From: Selaginella moellendorffii
Lineage: Eukaryota; Plantae; Lycopodiophyta
NCBI RefSeq assembly: GCF_000143415.4
Contig: NW_003314264.1
Coordinates: forward strand, 352,774 to 416,773
DNA: 64,000 nt
Direction: 5' to 3'
Shown one piece after another: positions 1 through 12,200 of this stretch (within the stretch, counting starts at the first letter, position 1; each line of letters starts with the position of its first letter). A program made the position numbers and the translations under genes. A model generated the notes under the pieces. That model did not search any database. It was given only the letters and a program-made list of their open reading frames with translations, and had not been told where the DNA came from.

Positions 1-456
1 AGGGGCAAGCATTCAATAGATGGAAATTGAGACTACTCAAGAAGGAGTAGTGGGATTGACTTAGAGAAGGGTCGCTAAGAGATTTAGCGAGAACTAAACC
101 AATAAAAGGAGAGAACCAGTACATGTGGTCCAACCAGTCTCTAAGTTGGAGAGACTACCCTCCTTAGAGGATGGGCAAGGCATGGTGAGCCTTTGGTGTC
201 AAACCATGGAGGCATATGCACAAGGCATGGTGAGCCTTCAATGTCAAACCATTGACGAATATGGAGAAGGCATGGTGAGCCTTCAATGTCAAACCATTGA
301 CGAATATGGAGAAGGCATGGTGAGCCTTCAATGTCAAACCATTGACAAATATTAGCTAGGTGCCAAGGATGGAAATGGTAACACATGCGAGTGTTACTTT
401 ACAAAATGGTTTACCGTTCGATGAGGACATCGAACTTCGTCTATGGGTGGTGGAGT
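1..456 (+). mobile_element. 3' internal region of family-A non-autonomous LTR retrotransposon, ending in PPT
   Basis: Homologous to the 3' internal regions ending at 14296 and 34851; PPT ATGGGTGGTGGAGT directly precedes TGTGAG at 457. Confidence 0.85.
177..352 (+). repeat. 45-bp tandem repeat, about 4 copies
   Basis: AAGGCATGGTGAGCCTT recurs at 177, 222, 267, 312; single copy in the paralogs near 14153 and 34706. Confidence 0.9.
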
Positions 457-824
457 TGTGAGACACAAAATCCCTAGGCCCCAAAGTGGAGCTGGAAGGG
501 TGCCACGTGGTAGTGGCCGAAGCGAGAGCCAAACGATCGTAACACGTTTGGACCAAAAGCTCCGACTTGAAAAGTCAAGAGCGGGAGTGGAACTCCCAAC
601 GAAGTGCTCAAGGAATGAGCACGAAGCGAGCAAAAAGCGAGGCTCCAAAAAGGGACCCAAAAAGGACCAACACATGACACGTGGAAGTGTCCGAGATGGA
701 CCCGAGTTGGAGTCCGAAGTGGAGTCCGAGATGGACCCGAGTTGGAGTCCGAGGTGGACCCGAGATGGACCCGAGATGGAGTCCGAGATGGAGTCTGAGA
801 TGGACCCGAGATGGAGTCCGAAGT

Positions 825-871
<47 letters not shown>

Positions 872-1973
872 TCGGGACCGAGACCGAGACCGAGGCTGAG
901 CCCGAGCCCGAGTCCGAGTCCGAGTCCGAGTCCGAGTCCGAGTCCGAGTCCGAGTCCGAGTCTGAGTCCGAGTCTGAGAGGGTGAAAGCCCAAAGCGTTC
1001 GTCTCCCAGACCCTGGGGGGTTTGGTGAGCTCCAAAAGTATAGTAGGGGGAGGACTGCAGTGGAGCCAGTTTGGCCAGGAAAGGCCAGTTTGGCCTAGGA
1101 AGGCCGGACCCAGTGTTGGGTGATGAGCTGACCACTGGGAAGTCCAAGACTAGAGTGAACACAGACCGACAAGTGGGGTAGCTTGGTGAAGTGTTCAAGA
1201 GCCGGCTCTAGTTCCCCTGGGAGATCGACTGGCCGATGCTCCCAGTCCAAGTGTGGGTGGCACTACCTACTTGGATACCAGGCGTGGCTCAACGGAACCT
1301 CGCTCTAAGCCCATGGCTAGAGCACCTAAGGGCAGAAGGCGAGGAGAGTACCCAGGTGGCTCGCGTAAGGCCACGGTGTTCCGAAATGTTGCCCCAAAGG
1401 CCCAGACTGTGGAAAGGAAGAGGAGCAGTCCTCTGGGGTAGTGACCAAGGACACAGTCGTGTGGTGAGGAAGTCCCAGAGGACCGTGGGACTTGGTGGTC
1501 GGGCCTGTGGGTCTCGATCCAGTGGCAATGTTGGCAAACACAGCCAGGGGCAGAAAGGGACTTAGTGGGGACTGACAGAGGGATATTGGGGAAGGCTATT
1601 CCCCTTGTCGGTGGGCATCCTAAGGGTGCTAAGGAGTGGATCTCAGATGACCACTCACGGATGGTTTGCCTAGTCTTGGAGAGCCAAGACTGTGATGCAA
1701 GTGGTAATGGACTACCAGTGTGGCAAAGGTGATTGGGCATGGCCTTAGCGTAACGGGCTGGCATGTCGGTGGTACCTTTGAGTGTCGGTCATGGGATCGG
1801 ACACGTGGAGCACTTGGACCAAGTGCAAATGTTGAGTGGCATGGATGCCATTCTCGGGGCTAGCAAGTCCCAAGTCCTGGATTGGACTTATGGAGGTTGT
1901 GAATGAGACTCCTCCAAGTGGTCGGAGGTGTGGTTAAGTGACTAAAGTAGAATGGAAAATTTAGTCACTCACA
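457..1973 (+). mobile_element. Family-A 3' LTR with internal GAGATGGAGTCC/GAGACC/GAGTCC arrays
   Basis: TGTGAG...CTCACA termini; PPT upstream; highly similar to 8908-10410. Confidence 0.92.
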
Positions 1974-2670
1974 ACTAGGTCTGGCCTTCCTGGGCCAAAC
2001 TGGCCTTTCCTGGCCAAACTGGCTCCACTGCAGTCCTCCCCCTTACTATACTTTTGGAGCTCACCAAACCCCCCAGGGTCTGGGAGACGAACGCTTTGGG
2101 CTTTCACCCTCTCAAACTCGAATTTGGACTCGGACTCGGACTTGGACTCGGACTCGGACTCGGACTCGGACTCGGCCTCCACCTCGGTCTCGGTCTCGGT
2201 CTCGGTCCCGGTCTCGGTCTCAGTCTCGGTCCCGGTCTCGGTCTCGGTCTCGGTCTTGGTCCCGATCTCGGTCTTGACCTCGGAATTCATCTCAGATCCT
2301 TCTCGGACTCCATCTCGGATTCCATCTCGGGTCCATCTCGGACTCCATCTCGGAGTCCGTCTCAGTCCATCTCAGGCTCCATGTCGGACTCCATCTCGGG
2401 TCCATCTCGGACTCCATCTCGGACTCCATCTGGGACTCCGTCTCGGTCCATCTCGGACTCCATCTCGGACTTCGTCTCGGTCCATCTCGGACTCCATCTC
2501 GGACTCCATCTCGGACTCCATCTCGGACTCCACCTCAGACTCCATCTCGGACTCCGTCTCGGTCCATCTCGGACTCCATCTCGGACTCCACTTCGGACTC
2601 CACCTCGGACACTCCCACGTGTCATGTGTTGGTCCTTTTTGGGTCCCTTTTTGGAGCCTCGCTTATTGCT
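1974..2670 (-). mobile_element. Family-A LTR fragment in reverse orientation, target of the upstream A copy
   Basis: Reverse complement of the A-LTR middle (GGACTC, GGTCTC and CCATCTC arrays); joined to B gag at about 2670. Confidence 0.85.
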
Positions 2671-3017
2671 GTCTGTTCGACCTTGTCTGGTTTTGCCTCA
2701 GTCCCTGCCGAAGGGTCCGCACCTTCTGCGCTGCCAGCATCCGCAGTCTTTCGCTTTTTCTTCCGCTTCTCGTCACGCTTTAGCTTGCGTACGAGAGTCT
2801 CTAGCAGGGCATTGGTCTGTGCCAATTGTCCTTCTAGAACATCCAATCGAGCCTTGGACGACCGAACCTCACCACTAGACTCCTGTTTGGAAGTTGCCTC
2901 ACTGGAGTCCTCCTCATGCAAGGATTCCTCATCCATCGCCTCTTGTTCGACCGGAGGCTCCAGCTCTGGAGGAGGTTCCGTCTCTGCCTGGGTTCGCTTA
3001 CGTCCTGCCCTTGCCAT
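2671..3017 (-). pseudogene. gag: N-terminal gag fragment of a second, tandem family-B copy
   Basis: MARAGRKRTQ...KVEQT, nearly identical to 16254-15968 plus 8902-8850; degenerate Met-type PBS at about 3062-3073; contains the empty CTGCG site of the A insertion. Confidence 0.85.
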
Positions 3018-3076
3018 CTCCCAGCAATCCGCCTCTATCCTTCGCTAGAACTGAGGAAGAGGCTCCAATACTAAAT

Positions 3077-4213
3077 TGTAAGCCACAAATTTTTCCTTTC
3101 CAATTTGCCAGCTTACCTCGCCTATCCGACCAACTCTGCCTTGGCTTGTGCTAAGTTCCCTCGCCAAGGTTCTCGCCTATGGTACCAGTTCCTACTTGGT
3201 TTCAGCTACTTACTGCACGAGCAACGGAGTGTTAGCCATCCATCTACGGATTCCCAAATCTCTCCCAATCCCCCTCCCCGGGTTAGACTGAACTTAAGGT
3301 TCGGCTACACTCCCCGCAGGCACAAGCAGCCAAGCACACCAAGCCTCCAGATTCCTAACACCCCTTGGTACCACAAGACTTGATCATGGGACCCTCTAAA
3401 TCCCAAGCCTTGAGTGCAACACTTGCTTCGGGACGTCGGGGCGAAACACCGTGGCCTAACGGCCCGGTATGGGTACCTCTACCCCCCCTCTTCCATCCCG
3501 AAGGGAAGGCCCAAGCCCCCGGAAGGGCGAGGACCAATGAGCCACAAGGTACTCAAGTGGGGCACCACTCCACCTGAGCCGGGAGCACCGCAGTCGGTTT
3601 CCCTTTCGGGAGTGGGAGCTGCTCTTGAGCACTTCCTTAGATGGCCCCTCCGGCACCAGCCAAGTCCATGCTCACTCCCACCCAAGGCCCCTCGGTCCCA
3701 GTCTCAACCTCAAGTCGGTTTGGAAGCCCAACTGGAGAGTCCCTTCAAAACTGGTTCCTGGACCTCACTATCCCTACTATACTTTTGGAACCCCCTGTAG
3801 CCCCCCCCCCCCTGGGAGACGCACACTTTGGGCTTTCACCCCTTGACCCGTATTAGTATTTGGACTTAGTCTCTGGCTCAATCTCGGACCCGATTTCGGA
3901 TCCGACTTCGGATTCGGTCTCGGACTCGATTTTGGACTCGATCTCAGACCCGATCTCGGACCCGACCTCGGACTCGACCTCGGACTCGGTCTCGGACCCG
4001 ATTTCGGATCTTGGACTCCGTCTCGAACTCGGTCTCGAACTCGGTCCCCGAGTCGGTCTCGGACTCGATTCCGGACTCTATCTCGAACTCGGTCCTAGAG
4101 TCGGTCTTGGACTCGATCCTCGACTTGGTCCCATCCGATGAACTCTTTGTCATTTCGGTCAAGCTTTTGGGGATCCTTTAGCCTACGACATCTCGGGGAG
4201 TCAGTTCCTTACA
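3077..4213 (-). mobile_element. Family-B LTR (3' LTR of the main copy, shared as 5' LTR of the truncated copy)
   Basis: TGTAAG...CTTACA termini; PPT at 4214-4227; PBS-like sequence on the other side; near-identical to 16314-17463. Confidence 0.92.
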
Positions 4214-4616
4214 ACTCCACCACCCATAGAAGAAGTTCGATGCCCACATCAAACGTCTCATTTTATCCTACGACTTGTTGACCATGTCTCCGGGGGCATC
4301 CCCCCACTTAGCGGTGTGCCTAAGTTAGCCTCCCCGGCCAAGAGCCCATGACAACGGAATATAGGTGTCCCTATACTCCTCACCTCACCACGCCCTAGTA
4401 TGGGGTCGGGACTTGAACCCGGCCTTGCTTTACTAGGGGGTTGGGACTCGAACCCAACCTCCGTAGAATACATCTACGGATTCGACATCCCCGGGGGGAG
4501 TCGGGCGTAGTGCCCTACGCCTGGTCGACCTATCCAACTCATGCTAATTAGCTTACCTTTGGCGCGCCTTCGGGTCCCAACATATTGCACTTGCTCAACT
4601 TTGCAAATTGATATTT

Positions 4617-7600
4617 TTAATTGAATTTTGCATAAGTACATAGAGTTCTGCCTTGTAGAAATTCCTCCACTAGATCTTGAGCGTTCGCTAGGTTCTCCTC
4701 CGGTTCCCATGTTGCTTCGCAGTGTGGAAATCCTCTCCACTTCACATGGAACTCTCTCACCTCGCGTCCTTGTCGCTTGCTCTTGCGCGCATTGAGGATG
4801 GCCTCGACTTCGTATTCCTCTTCCCCTTGGATAACCTCAGGCAAAGGTCTCACTTGGTCCTTGCGAAGCGGATCCTCAAAGTACGGCTTGAGTAAGTTCA
4901 CGTGGAACACTGGGTGCATCTTCCCCATCTCTCGAGGAAGTCGGAGTCGGTAAGCCACTTTACCGATTCGTGCCTCAATCTCGTAAGGCCCCGCGAACCT
5001 GCTTAAGGAACTCAAGATCAATTCATTTATAGGAATACATGCATCTTTACCTTTGGGTCAACTTTCGGCTGATCCCACTTGGTAGTCTGAGGTTCTTGGT
5101 GTTCAGCCACACCTTCTCCCCAGCTTGGAACTCTACATCCCGACGCTTCTGGTTCACGTATTTGGTTTGCCTTTGTTGAGCCCGTTCCAAGGAATCCCTC
5201 ACTAGATTCCAAATGCTGAGTCTTTCCGCCGTGAATGCCTCCACTGCGGGCAACTCTCCATGATACTCGGCCACGTCGAGTTCCACAGGACCTTCAATAG
5301 CTCGCCCATTGATGACTTCCCATGGACTCACCCCGATACTCGAATGTGGTGAGTTGTTATAACACATTTCCGCAAGTCCCAAATGACTTACCCAATCGGT
5401 CTGGTCTCCCGAGACATAGCATCGCAAATAATCCTCCAGCTGCCTATTCACCCTTTCCGTTTGTCCGTCTGTCAAGAAGTGTTAGTGCCAACAACTTGAC
5501 TTAATACCCCATACCTGTCTGTGGGTGATAGGCTGTGCTGAATTTCAACTTGGTGCGATACTGTTCGAGGAGAGTCCTCCAGAATCTACTGGTGAAGATC
5601 TTATCTCGATTTGAGATGATCTCTTCTGGTCTTCCCCGCACTCGAACCACTTGCTCGAAGAACAGCTTCGCCACACCTTCCACATCCACTTCTGTTGTGG
5701 TGGGTATGAAATGTGCCATTTTCGAAAATCGGTCCACCACCACGAATATCGCATCAAACCCCTCGCTTGGGGGGAGTCCCGTGATGAAGTCCATCGTAAG
5801 ACATTTCCATGGGCGATCTGGAATTGGGATGCTTTGCAACAAGCCCCCACTAGCCTTAGTCACGGCTTTTACCTGCTGACATGTTGGACATGTCTTTACA
5901 TAGTCTTGGACGTCCTTAGCCATATCTGGCCAATGGTACTTCCTTTTGAGTAAGCCCATCGTCTTGGGCACTCCACCGTGTCCCGCAAGAGGTCCGTCAT
6001 GACACTCTTCTAAGGCCACCTTCCTTAGTTCCCCTTCTGGAACATACACCGTCGTTTGCTTGTAATAAATGAGTCCGTTGCGTTCCGCATAGCCCGTTTT
6101 ATCTTCCATTGGCAGCTCACCTCTCTGGTGAGCTTCCCGCGCCTCTAGATTCCTCAGCAACACTTCTTGTGCTAGACCATCGTTCTCATATGCTGTCCGC
6201 ACATCGTCCCAGAAGGTTGCTGTTGCGCTGGATATTGCCAACCTCATGCTCGCTTTTTGACTTAGCACATCCGCCACGATGTTGCTCTTCCCAGGCTTGT
6301 ACAGAATTTCGCAATCAAACTCGGCCAAGGCGTTGGCCCACCGACCTTGTTTCCCTCTTAGGTCGGGCTGTGACAAGAAGTGTTTCGTTGCCACATTATC
6401 CGTGTAAACCTTGAAGTGTCTCCCAAGGTAGTGTCGCCACTCCTTGAGCGCCTTGACCACCGCAAACAATTCCTTCTCGTGGGCAGGCCACTTCCGTTGA
6501 GCCTTGTCCAGCTTCTTCGAGAAGAACGCTACCGGATGGTTGTCTTGCTTCAAAACTGCGCCCAATGCAAAGTCCGAAGCATCCGTTTCTACCTCAAAGT
6601 CCTTACCAAAGTCTGGTAATGCCAATACGGGAGCCTTCCTCAACTTCCCTTTGAGGTGGACGAATGCCGCCTCGCATTCCGCTGTCCACACCATCTTCCC
6701 TTTTCCTGTTTGGTCCGTTAAGGGCAGGGCTACTCTCGAATAGTGTCTGATAAACTTTCAATAGTAGTTGCATAGCCCTAGGAATGCCCTCAACTCGTGT
6801 ACATTGGATGGTCGCTCCCATTCCTGGATCACTTGGACCTTCTCCGGGTCCACCTTGAGCCCGTCCTGGCCCACCACATGATCGAGAAACTTTACCTCTT
6901 GTTGAGCAAAGTCACATTTGCTCTCTTTAGCATACAACTTGTGTTCCCTTAGTTTCTCAAACACCTTCGCCAAGTGTTCAGCATGCTCCTCTAGTGTCTC
7001 GCTATAGATCAGGATGTCGTCGATATAGACGACCACGAAGTGATCCAGATAGGGTACAAAGACGTGGTTCATTAGCGCCAAAAACGTTGCCGGCGCATTA
7101 CATAGCCCGAAGGGCATCACCAGAAACTCAAAGCTCCCATACCTCGTTCGACAGGTTGTCTTCTCGACATCTTCCTCGGCTACCCTGATCTGGTAGTATC
7201 CTGACCTTAGGTCAATCCTCAAGAAGTATTTTGCCTTTCCCAACCTATCGAACAGGTCCTCAATCCTTGGCAAAGGGTACTTGTTCTTCTTTGTATACTT
7301 GTTGAGCAAGCGGTAGTCTATGCACATGCGCATAGATCCATCTTTCTTTTTCACAAATAACACCGGTGCCCCATACGGCGACTTGCTCAACCTAACATAC
7401 CCTTTGTCCACCAACTCCTCTAGTTGGCACTTGAGCTCCTTGAGTTTTTTTTCGTTCAAACAATAAGGGGGACGAACCACTGCCTCAGCACCCTCGACCA
7501 GCTCAATCTTATGTTCTATCGGTTGTGCTGGGGGTAGCCCCGCCGGTAGCTCCTCCGGCATGGTATCCTGGAATTGGTCCAACACCCGTTGGATCACTAA

Positions 7601-8100
7601 AGGTACTTCTTCCATTCCTGTCTTTTTGTCACTCTTCACCGAGAGTAAGCACAAAAAGGCCACCTTAGTTCCTTTAGTGAGTTGTCCTCTCATGGACACC
7701 AGGTTTAAGCAGGAATCTTTGGCCTTGCTTTGCCCTACCTTTAGATCTTGGGCCTCCACCCTAGATCTTCTTCCTTGGGCATTCGCAGTACCACAAGGTT
7801 TCTACCTTGTCCATGCAGGGCTACCACGAATCGATTGAACCAGTCCATTCCGAAGATCACGTCAAATCCCGCCATGTCCAACATGGTGAAGTCCATGTCC
7901 ACCTTCCAAGTCCCCACTTCGACTCTCGCTTGTCGAAGTACCTCATCGGTGCTTTGGCTACCTTGAACAAACTCTATAGTCCTTGGTTCGCCTAGCCGCT
8001 GCACCGTTAGTCCGGCTTGCCGGACTATGTCTGCAGCCACAAAATTATCCGAAGCACCCGTGTCAATAAGGATTTTAACAAAGCTACCTCCGAGCTTCCC
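4617..8100 (-). pseudogene. pol: pol: aspartic protease, RT, RNase H, integrase, chromodomain; disabled
   Basis: [30 protein letters not shown] zinc finger, MDFITGLP, GPY motif, chromo YEVEAIL..VKWRG..TWEPEENL; in-frame TGA at 6758, frameshift near 7750, two intron-like insertions. Confidence 0.95.
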
Positions 8101-8902
8101 TCAGAGGGCTAGTAGATGTCGCGAACAACTCTCTACCAAAGTTGCTCGTGTAATGAGTAACTTTGAGTTAGGGACTGGATCACATGCCTCTGTTTGGACT
8201 TCACCCGACTTGATGGCCATATTGGCTCTGGCCTTCTTCGGGTAGGGACATTCCCTCGAGAAGTGTCCCGCTTCACCGCAGTTGTAGCATACGTTGTTTC
8301 CCACGCTGCTATATGACTTGACCTTCTTATCCGTGGGTTTGTCTCTTTTCGCCTGACTCCCCCACGTACTCGCTCGCTGGCCACCAGATCTGCCTTTCCG
8401 GAACCCCGAGGACTCATTCTTAGAGAAACTCTTCTTGAATTTCCCTCTGCTAAACGTTCCCCTTGGTTTGGCCCCTTTGCTAAACGTGGATCCCGACCCC
8501 GTCGTGTTCCCCTTTCGCAGATTATCGTTGAAATGCACCTTGATGGCCGCATCCAACGTTTTTTTGTAGTTGGTCGGGTTCCACCGCATTACTTCGCCGC
8601 GAGTCCAGGTTTGCAAACCTGATATGAAGGCATGGCCTCTGTCGTTCTCCACCAAGACTTGGCATTATCTGCCAAGTATGGTTTTGCACATGGGACCTTC
8701 TCCGAGCTTGGTAATCGCAACGCTCGGAAGTAGTCCTCCATATCGTAAAACCAATCCTCCACCACCTTATAGTCGTTCACTCCCTTGAAGACCGGTGGGG
8801 GCTTTGGTTTGTACTTGGGAACTGCCTGAGGGACTGATTCCACTTCGGTTTGTTCGACCTTGTCTGGTTTTGCCTCAGTCCCTGCCGAAGGGTCCACACC
8901 TT
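8101..8902 (-). pseudogene. gag: gag C-terminal part with CCHC zinc knuckle; internal deletion and frameshift near 8655
   Basis: KPPPVFKG..VEDWFYDMEDYF..AKSWW; CYNCGEAGHFSREC. Confidence 0.9.
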
Positions 8903-8907
8903 CTGCG

Positions 8908-9245
8908 TGTGAGACACAAAATCCCTAGGCCCCAAAGTGGAGCCGGAAAGGGTGCCACGTGGTAGTGGCTGAAGCGAGAGCCAAACGAGCGTAACACGTT
9001 TGGACCAAAAGCTCCGACTTGAAAAGTCAAGAGCGGGAGTGGAACTCCCAAAGAAGGGCTCGAGGAACAAGCATGAAGCGAGCAAAAAGCGAGGCTCCAA
9101 AAAGGGACCCAAAAGGACCAACACATGACACGTGGGAGTGTCCGAGATGGACTCGACTTGGAGTCCGAGGTGGAGTCCGAGATGGACCCGAGATGGAGTC
9201 CGAGATGGAGTCCGAGATGGAGTCCGAAGTCGAGACCGAGACCGG

Positions 9246-9289
<44 letters not shown>

Positions 9290-12200
9290 TCGGGACCGAG
9301 ACCGAGACCAAGGCCGAGGCCGAGACCGAGCCCGAGCCCGAGCCCGAGTCCGAATCCGAGTTCGAGTCCGAGTCCGAGTCCAAGTCTGAGTCCGAGTCCG
9401 AGTCCGGAGCCTGAGAGGGTGAAAGCCCAAAGCGTTCGTCTCCCAGACCCTGGGGGGTTTAGTGAGCTCCAAAAGTATAGTAAGGGGGAGGACTGCAGTG
9501 GAGCCAGTTTGGCCAGGAAAGGCCAGTTTGGCCCAGGAAGGCCAGACCCAGTGTTGGGTGAGGAACTGACCACTGGGAAGTCCAAGACTAGAGTGAATAC
9601 GGACCGACAAGCGGGGTAGCTTGGTGAAGTGTTCAAGAGCCGGCTCTAGTTCCCCCGGGAGATCGACTGGCCGATGCTCCCAGTCCAAGTGTGGGTGGCA
9701 CTACCTACTTGGATACCTGGTGTGGCTCAACGGAACCCGCTCTAAGCCCATGGCTAGAGCACCTAAAGGCGATAGGTGGGGAGAGTACCCAGGTGGCTCG
9801 CGTAAGGCCACGGTGTTCCGAAATGTTGTCCCAAAGGCCCAGACTGTGGAAAGGAAGAGGAGCAGTCCTCTGGGGTAGTGACCAAGGACACAGTCATGTG
9901 GTGAGGAAGTCCCAGAGGACCGTGGGACTTAGTGGTCGGGCCTGTGGGCCTCGATCCAGTGGCAGTGTTGGCAAACACGGCCAGGGGCAGAAAGGGACTT
10001 GGTAGGAACTGACAAAGGGACTTTGGGGAAGGCAATTCCCCAGGTCTGTGGGCATCCTAAGGATGCTAAGGAGTGGATCTAGGATGACCACTCGTGGACA
10101 CATGGCCCAGTCTTGGAGAGACGAGGTGGTGATGCAAGTGGTGTTGAACCACTAGTGCCGCAAAGGTGAATGGGCATGGCCTTAGCGTAACGGGCCGAGA
10201 TGTCAGTGGTACCTTTGGGTGTCGGTCTCAGGACCGGACACGTGGAGCACTTGGACTAGGTGCAAGTGTGGAGTGGCATGGATGCCATTCTTGGGGCTAG
10301 CAAGTCCCAAGTCCTGAATTGGACTGATGGAGGTTGTGAATGAGACTCCTCCAAGTGGTCGGAGGTGTGGTTAAGTGACTAAAGTAGAATGGAAAATTTA
10401 GTTGCTTACAATTTGGTATCGGAGCTGTTCCTTAGTCCGACTTTTATTGGTGCTCAAGTATATCACCACTAGTGTTGGCATCGGAAGGTCCGAGGAGTGG
10501 GCCTATCCTTGAGGAGTAGCAAGTCTAGAAGACATGGCTCTCCATTACAGTTCATGTGTGAACTTGTAGACGAGGTGGTGGATAGAAAAGGGCCAATAAT
10601 GGAACGACTTTGGGATCTTGGGAACAGTGCAAGGTTTTCCTCATTGAGTTGAGGATGTGATCTGGATGAGCATTTGTCTCAGCAAATTGGCTTAGGTTGT
10701 TGTGGTAAACAACTAAAGTTGGGATCACGGGAAAGATAGAGACTCCAAAACAATAAAGGAGTCACAAGATTATCCTCATATAGTTGAGGTTGGTGCTCAT
10801 GAATGTGAGACCAAAGGTAATGACCGTGGAAGGTCAAATACGGAAGAGGACTCAAGTCCTTGAAATGGTAGCCGGGGCTACCTCTAATAAATGCTGGAAC
10901 AACCCAAGGAGTTGGGGGTGTATTGAGTGGATGAGTTGGTATTCTCATCACATGGACAAGTAGTCCTAAGGGGCAAAGGTTGCCCCCAGAGAACAAAATC
11001 AAGTGTCGGAGTAACACTTGTGAAAATAGTCCTTTCGAGTAGGACCGGAATGCAAGATGTGTATTCCAGTGAGCTAGTGCCTCACAAGTAGGACCTTACG
11101 GGTCGGTGGATTAACCAAGTCCAAAACTGCTAGACGACTCAAGTAGAGTCAAGGGATGGTCCTAAAAAGGACTGAATGAAGCATTTGGACTGAGGTGCGT
11201 TGTACCCCACAAAGGATGGGGGGGGGATCATAGGATCCAAGGATGAGAACAGAGAGTATCTCATCAATGGCAAAATGTGCCATGCTAAAGTTATGGGAAA
11301 GGTGTTCCCAGAAGAAAACAACTTTGACATAAAGTTGTGTGTGACCTCTATGGGGCAGTGCTAACAGATGGTTGGCATGAGAAAGAGCGGTGTTGGTCTT
11401 GGCAAAGACTTAGACACGAAGGGAAATGTCATAGAGGTAGGCTCGTGGAGCCGATGGTGTGGAGGCACCAAATGTGCTAAGGTGTGATACCTTGAGGCTA
11501 TGTTGGTGGGTTCATGAGAACCCCTTGCCAAAGGAATCCCAATGGAAATGGGAATGGCATAGCCTAAGCTGTAGAGCATGCAGTTGGAGTGTGGTGACCC
11601 AGATAGTGATGGAGGTGTGAAAGCACCAAGCAATGAGTTGTAGGACTTGACAACTATAAGGCAACTAAGCAAAAGGTGCAAAATAACTGGTTAAACGGGT
11701 AGAAGGTAGCTACCCAAGACTTCTAGTATAGGGAAGTTGGATATACCCTTACGGGGGATAAGTTGCTTATGTTGCGATATAGTAAGTCAATGTCATAAAA
11801 GGAAATACTCATTGTCAAGAAAGCCATCATTGGGACACCCGAACACTCTAGAACACCAAAAGGTGGTGTTTGATGTCGCGAGGGCAATGGATAAAGCCCA
11901 AGGGACTAAGTCCCTAGCGAATGATGGATAGAAGGTGCTATCCAAATGTCCAAGGTTGCGGAGATAGGAGAGGACTGTCTACCCAAGTTGGACAAAGCCA
12001 AAAATGGAATTTTGGCAAGGCTAGTGATGGGCATGTAAAGGCCCATAAGCAACAACGTAACCCCAGTGTGTGGGATTATAAGCTGAGCATACCCGGATTG
12101 AGGAACCACTCCCTGGGCTATTGGGTAGGTTCATCCCTAAGAATACTTGCTAAGGCATGATAGAAAGTGCAAAGCTATCCTCTTGGTCTGGAGGAGAATG

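Noticed and set aside
690-975. Repeat arrays considered as CRISPR or telomeric repeats
   Set aside because: No unique spacers, eukaryotic context, not TTTAGGG; part of LTRs
394-1198. ORFs with RP/SP/ET/ES/LG/RD dipeptide runs (also 2054-2878, 8777-9688, 14196-15240, 34948-35796)
   Set aside because: Artefacts of stop-free hexamer arrays in LTRs, open in all frames
4474-4651. Possible third (GC-AG) intron after the chromodomain leading to a second chromo-like stretch
   Set aside because: Weak donor and no conserved motif clearly restored
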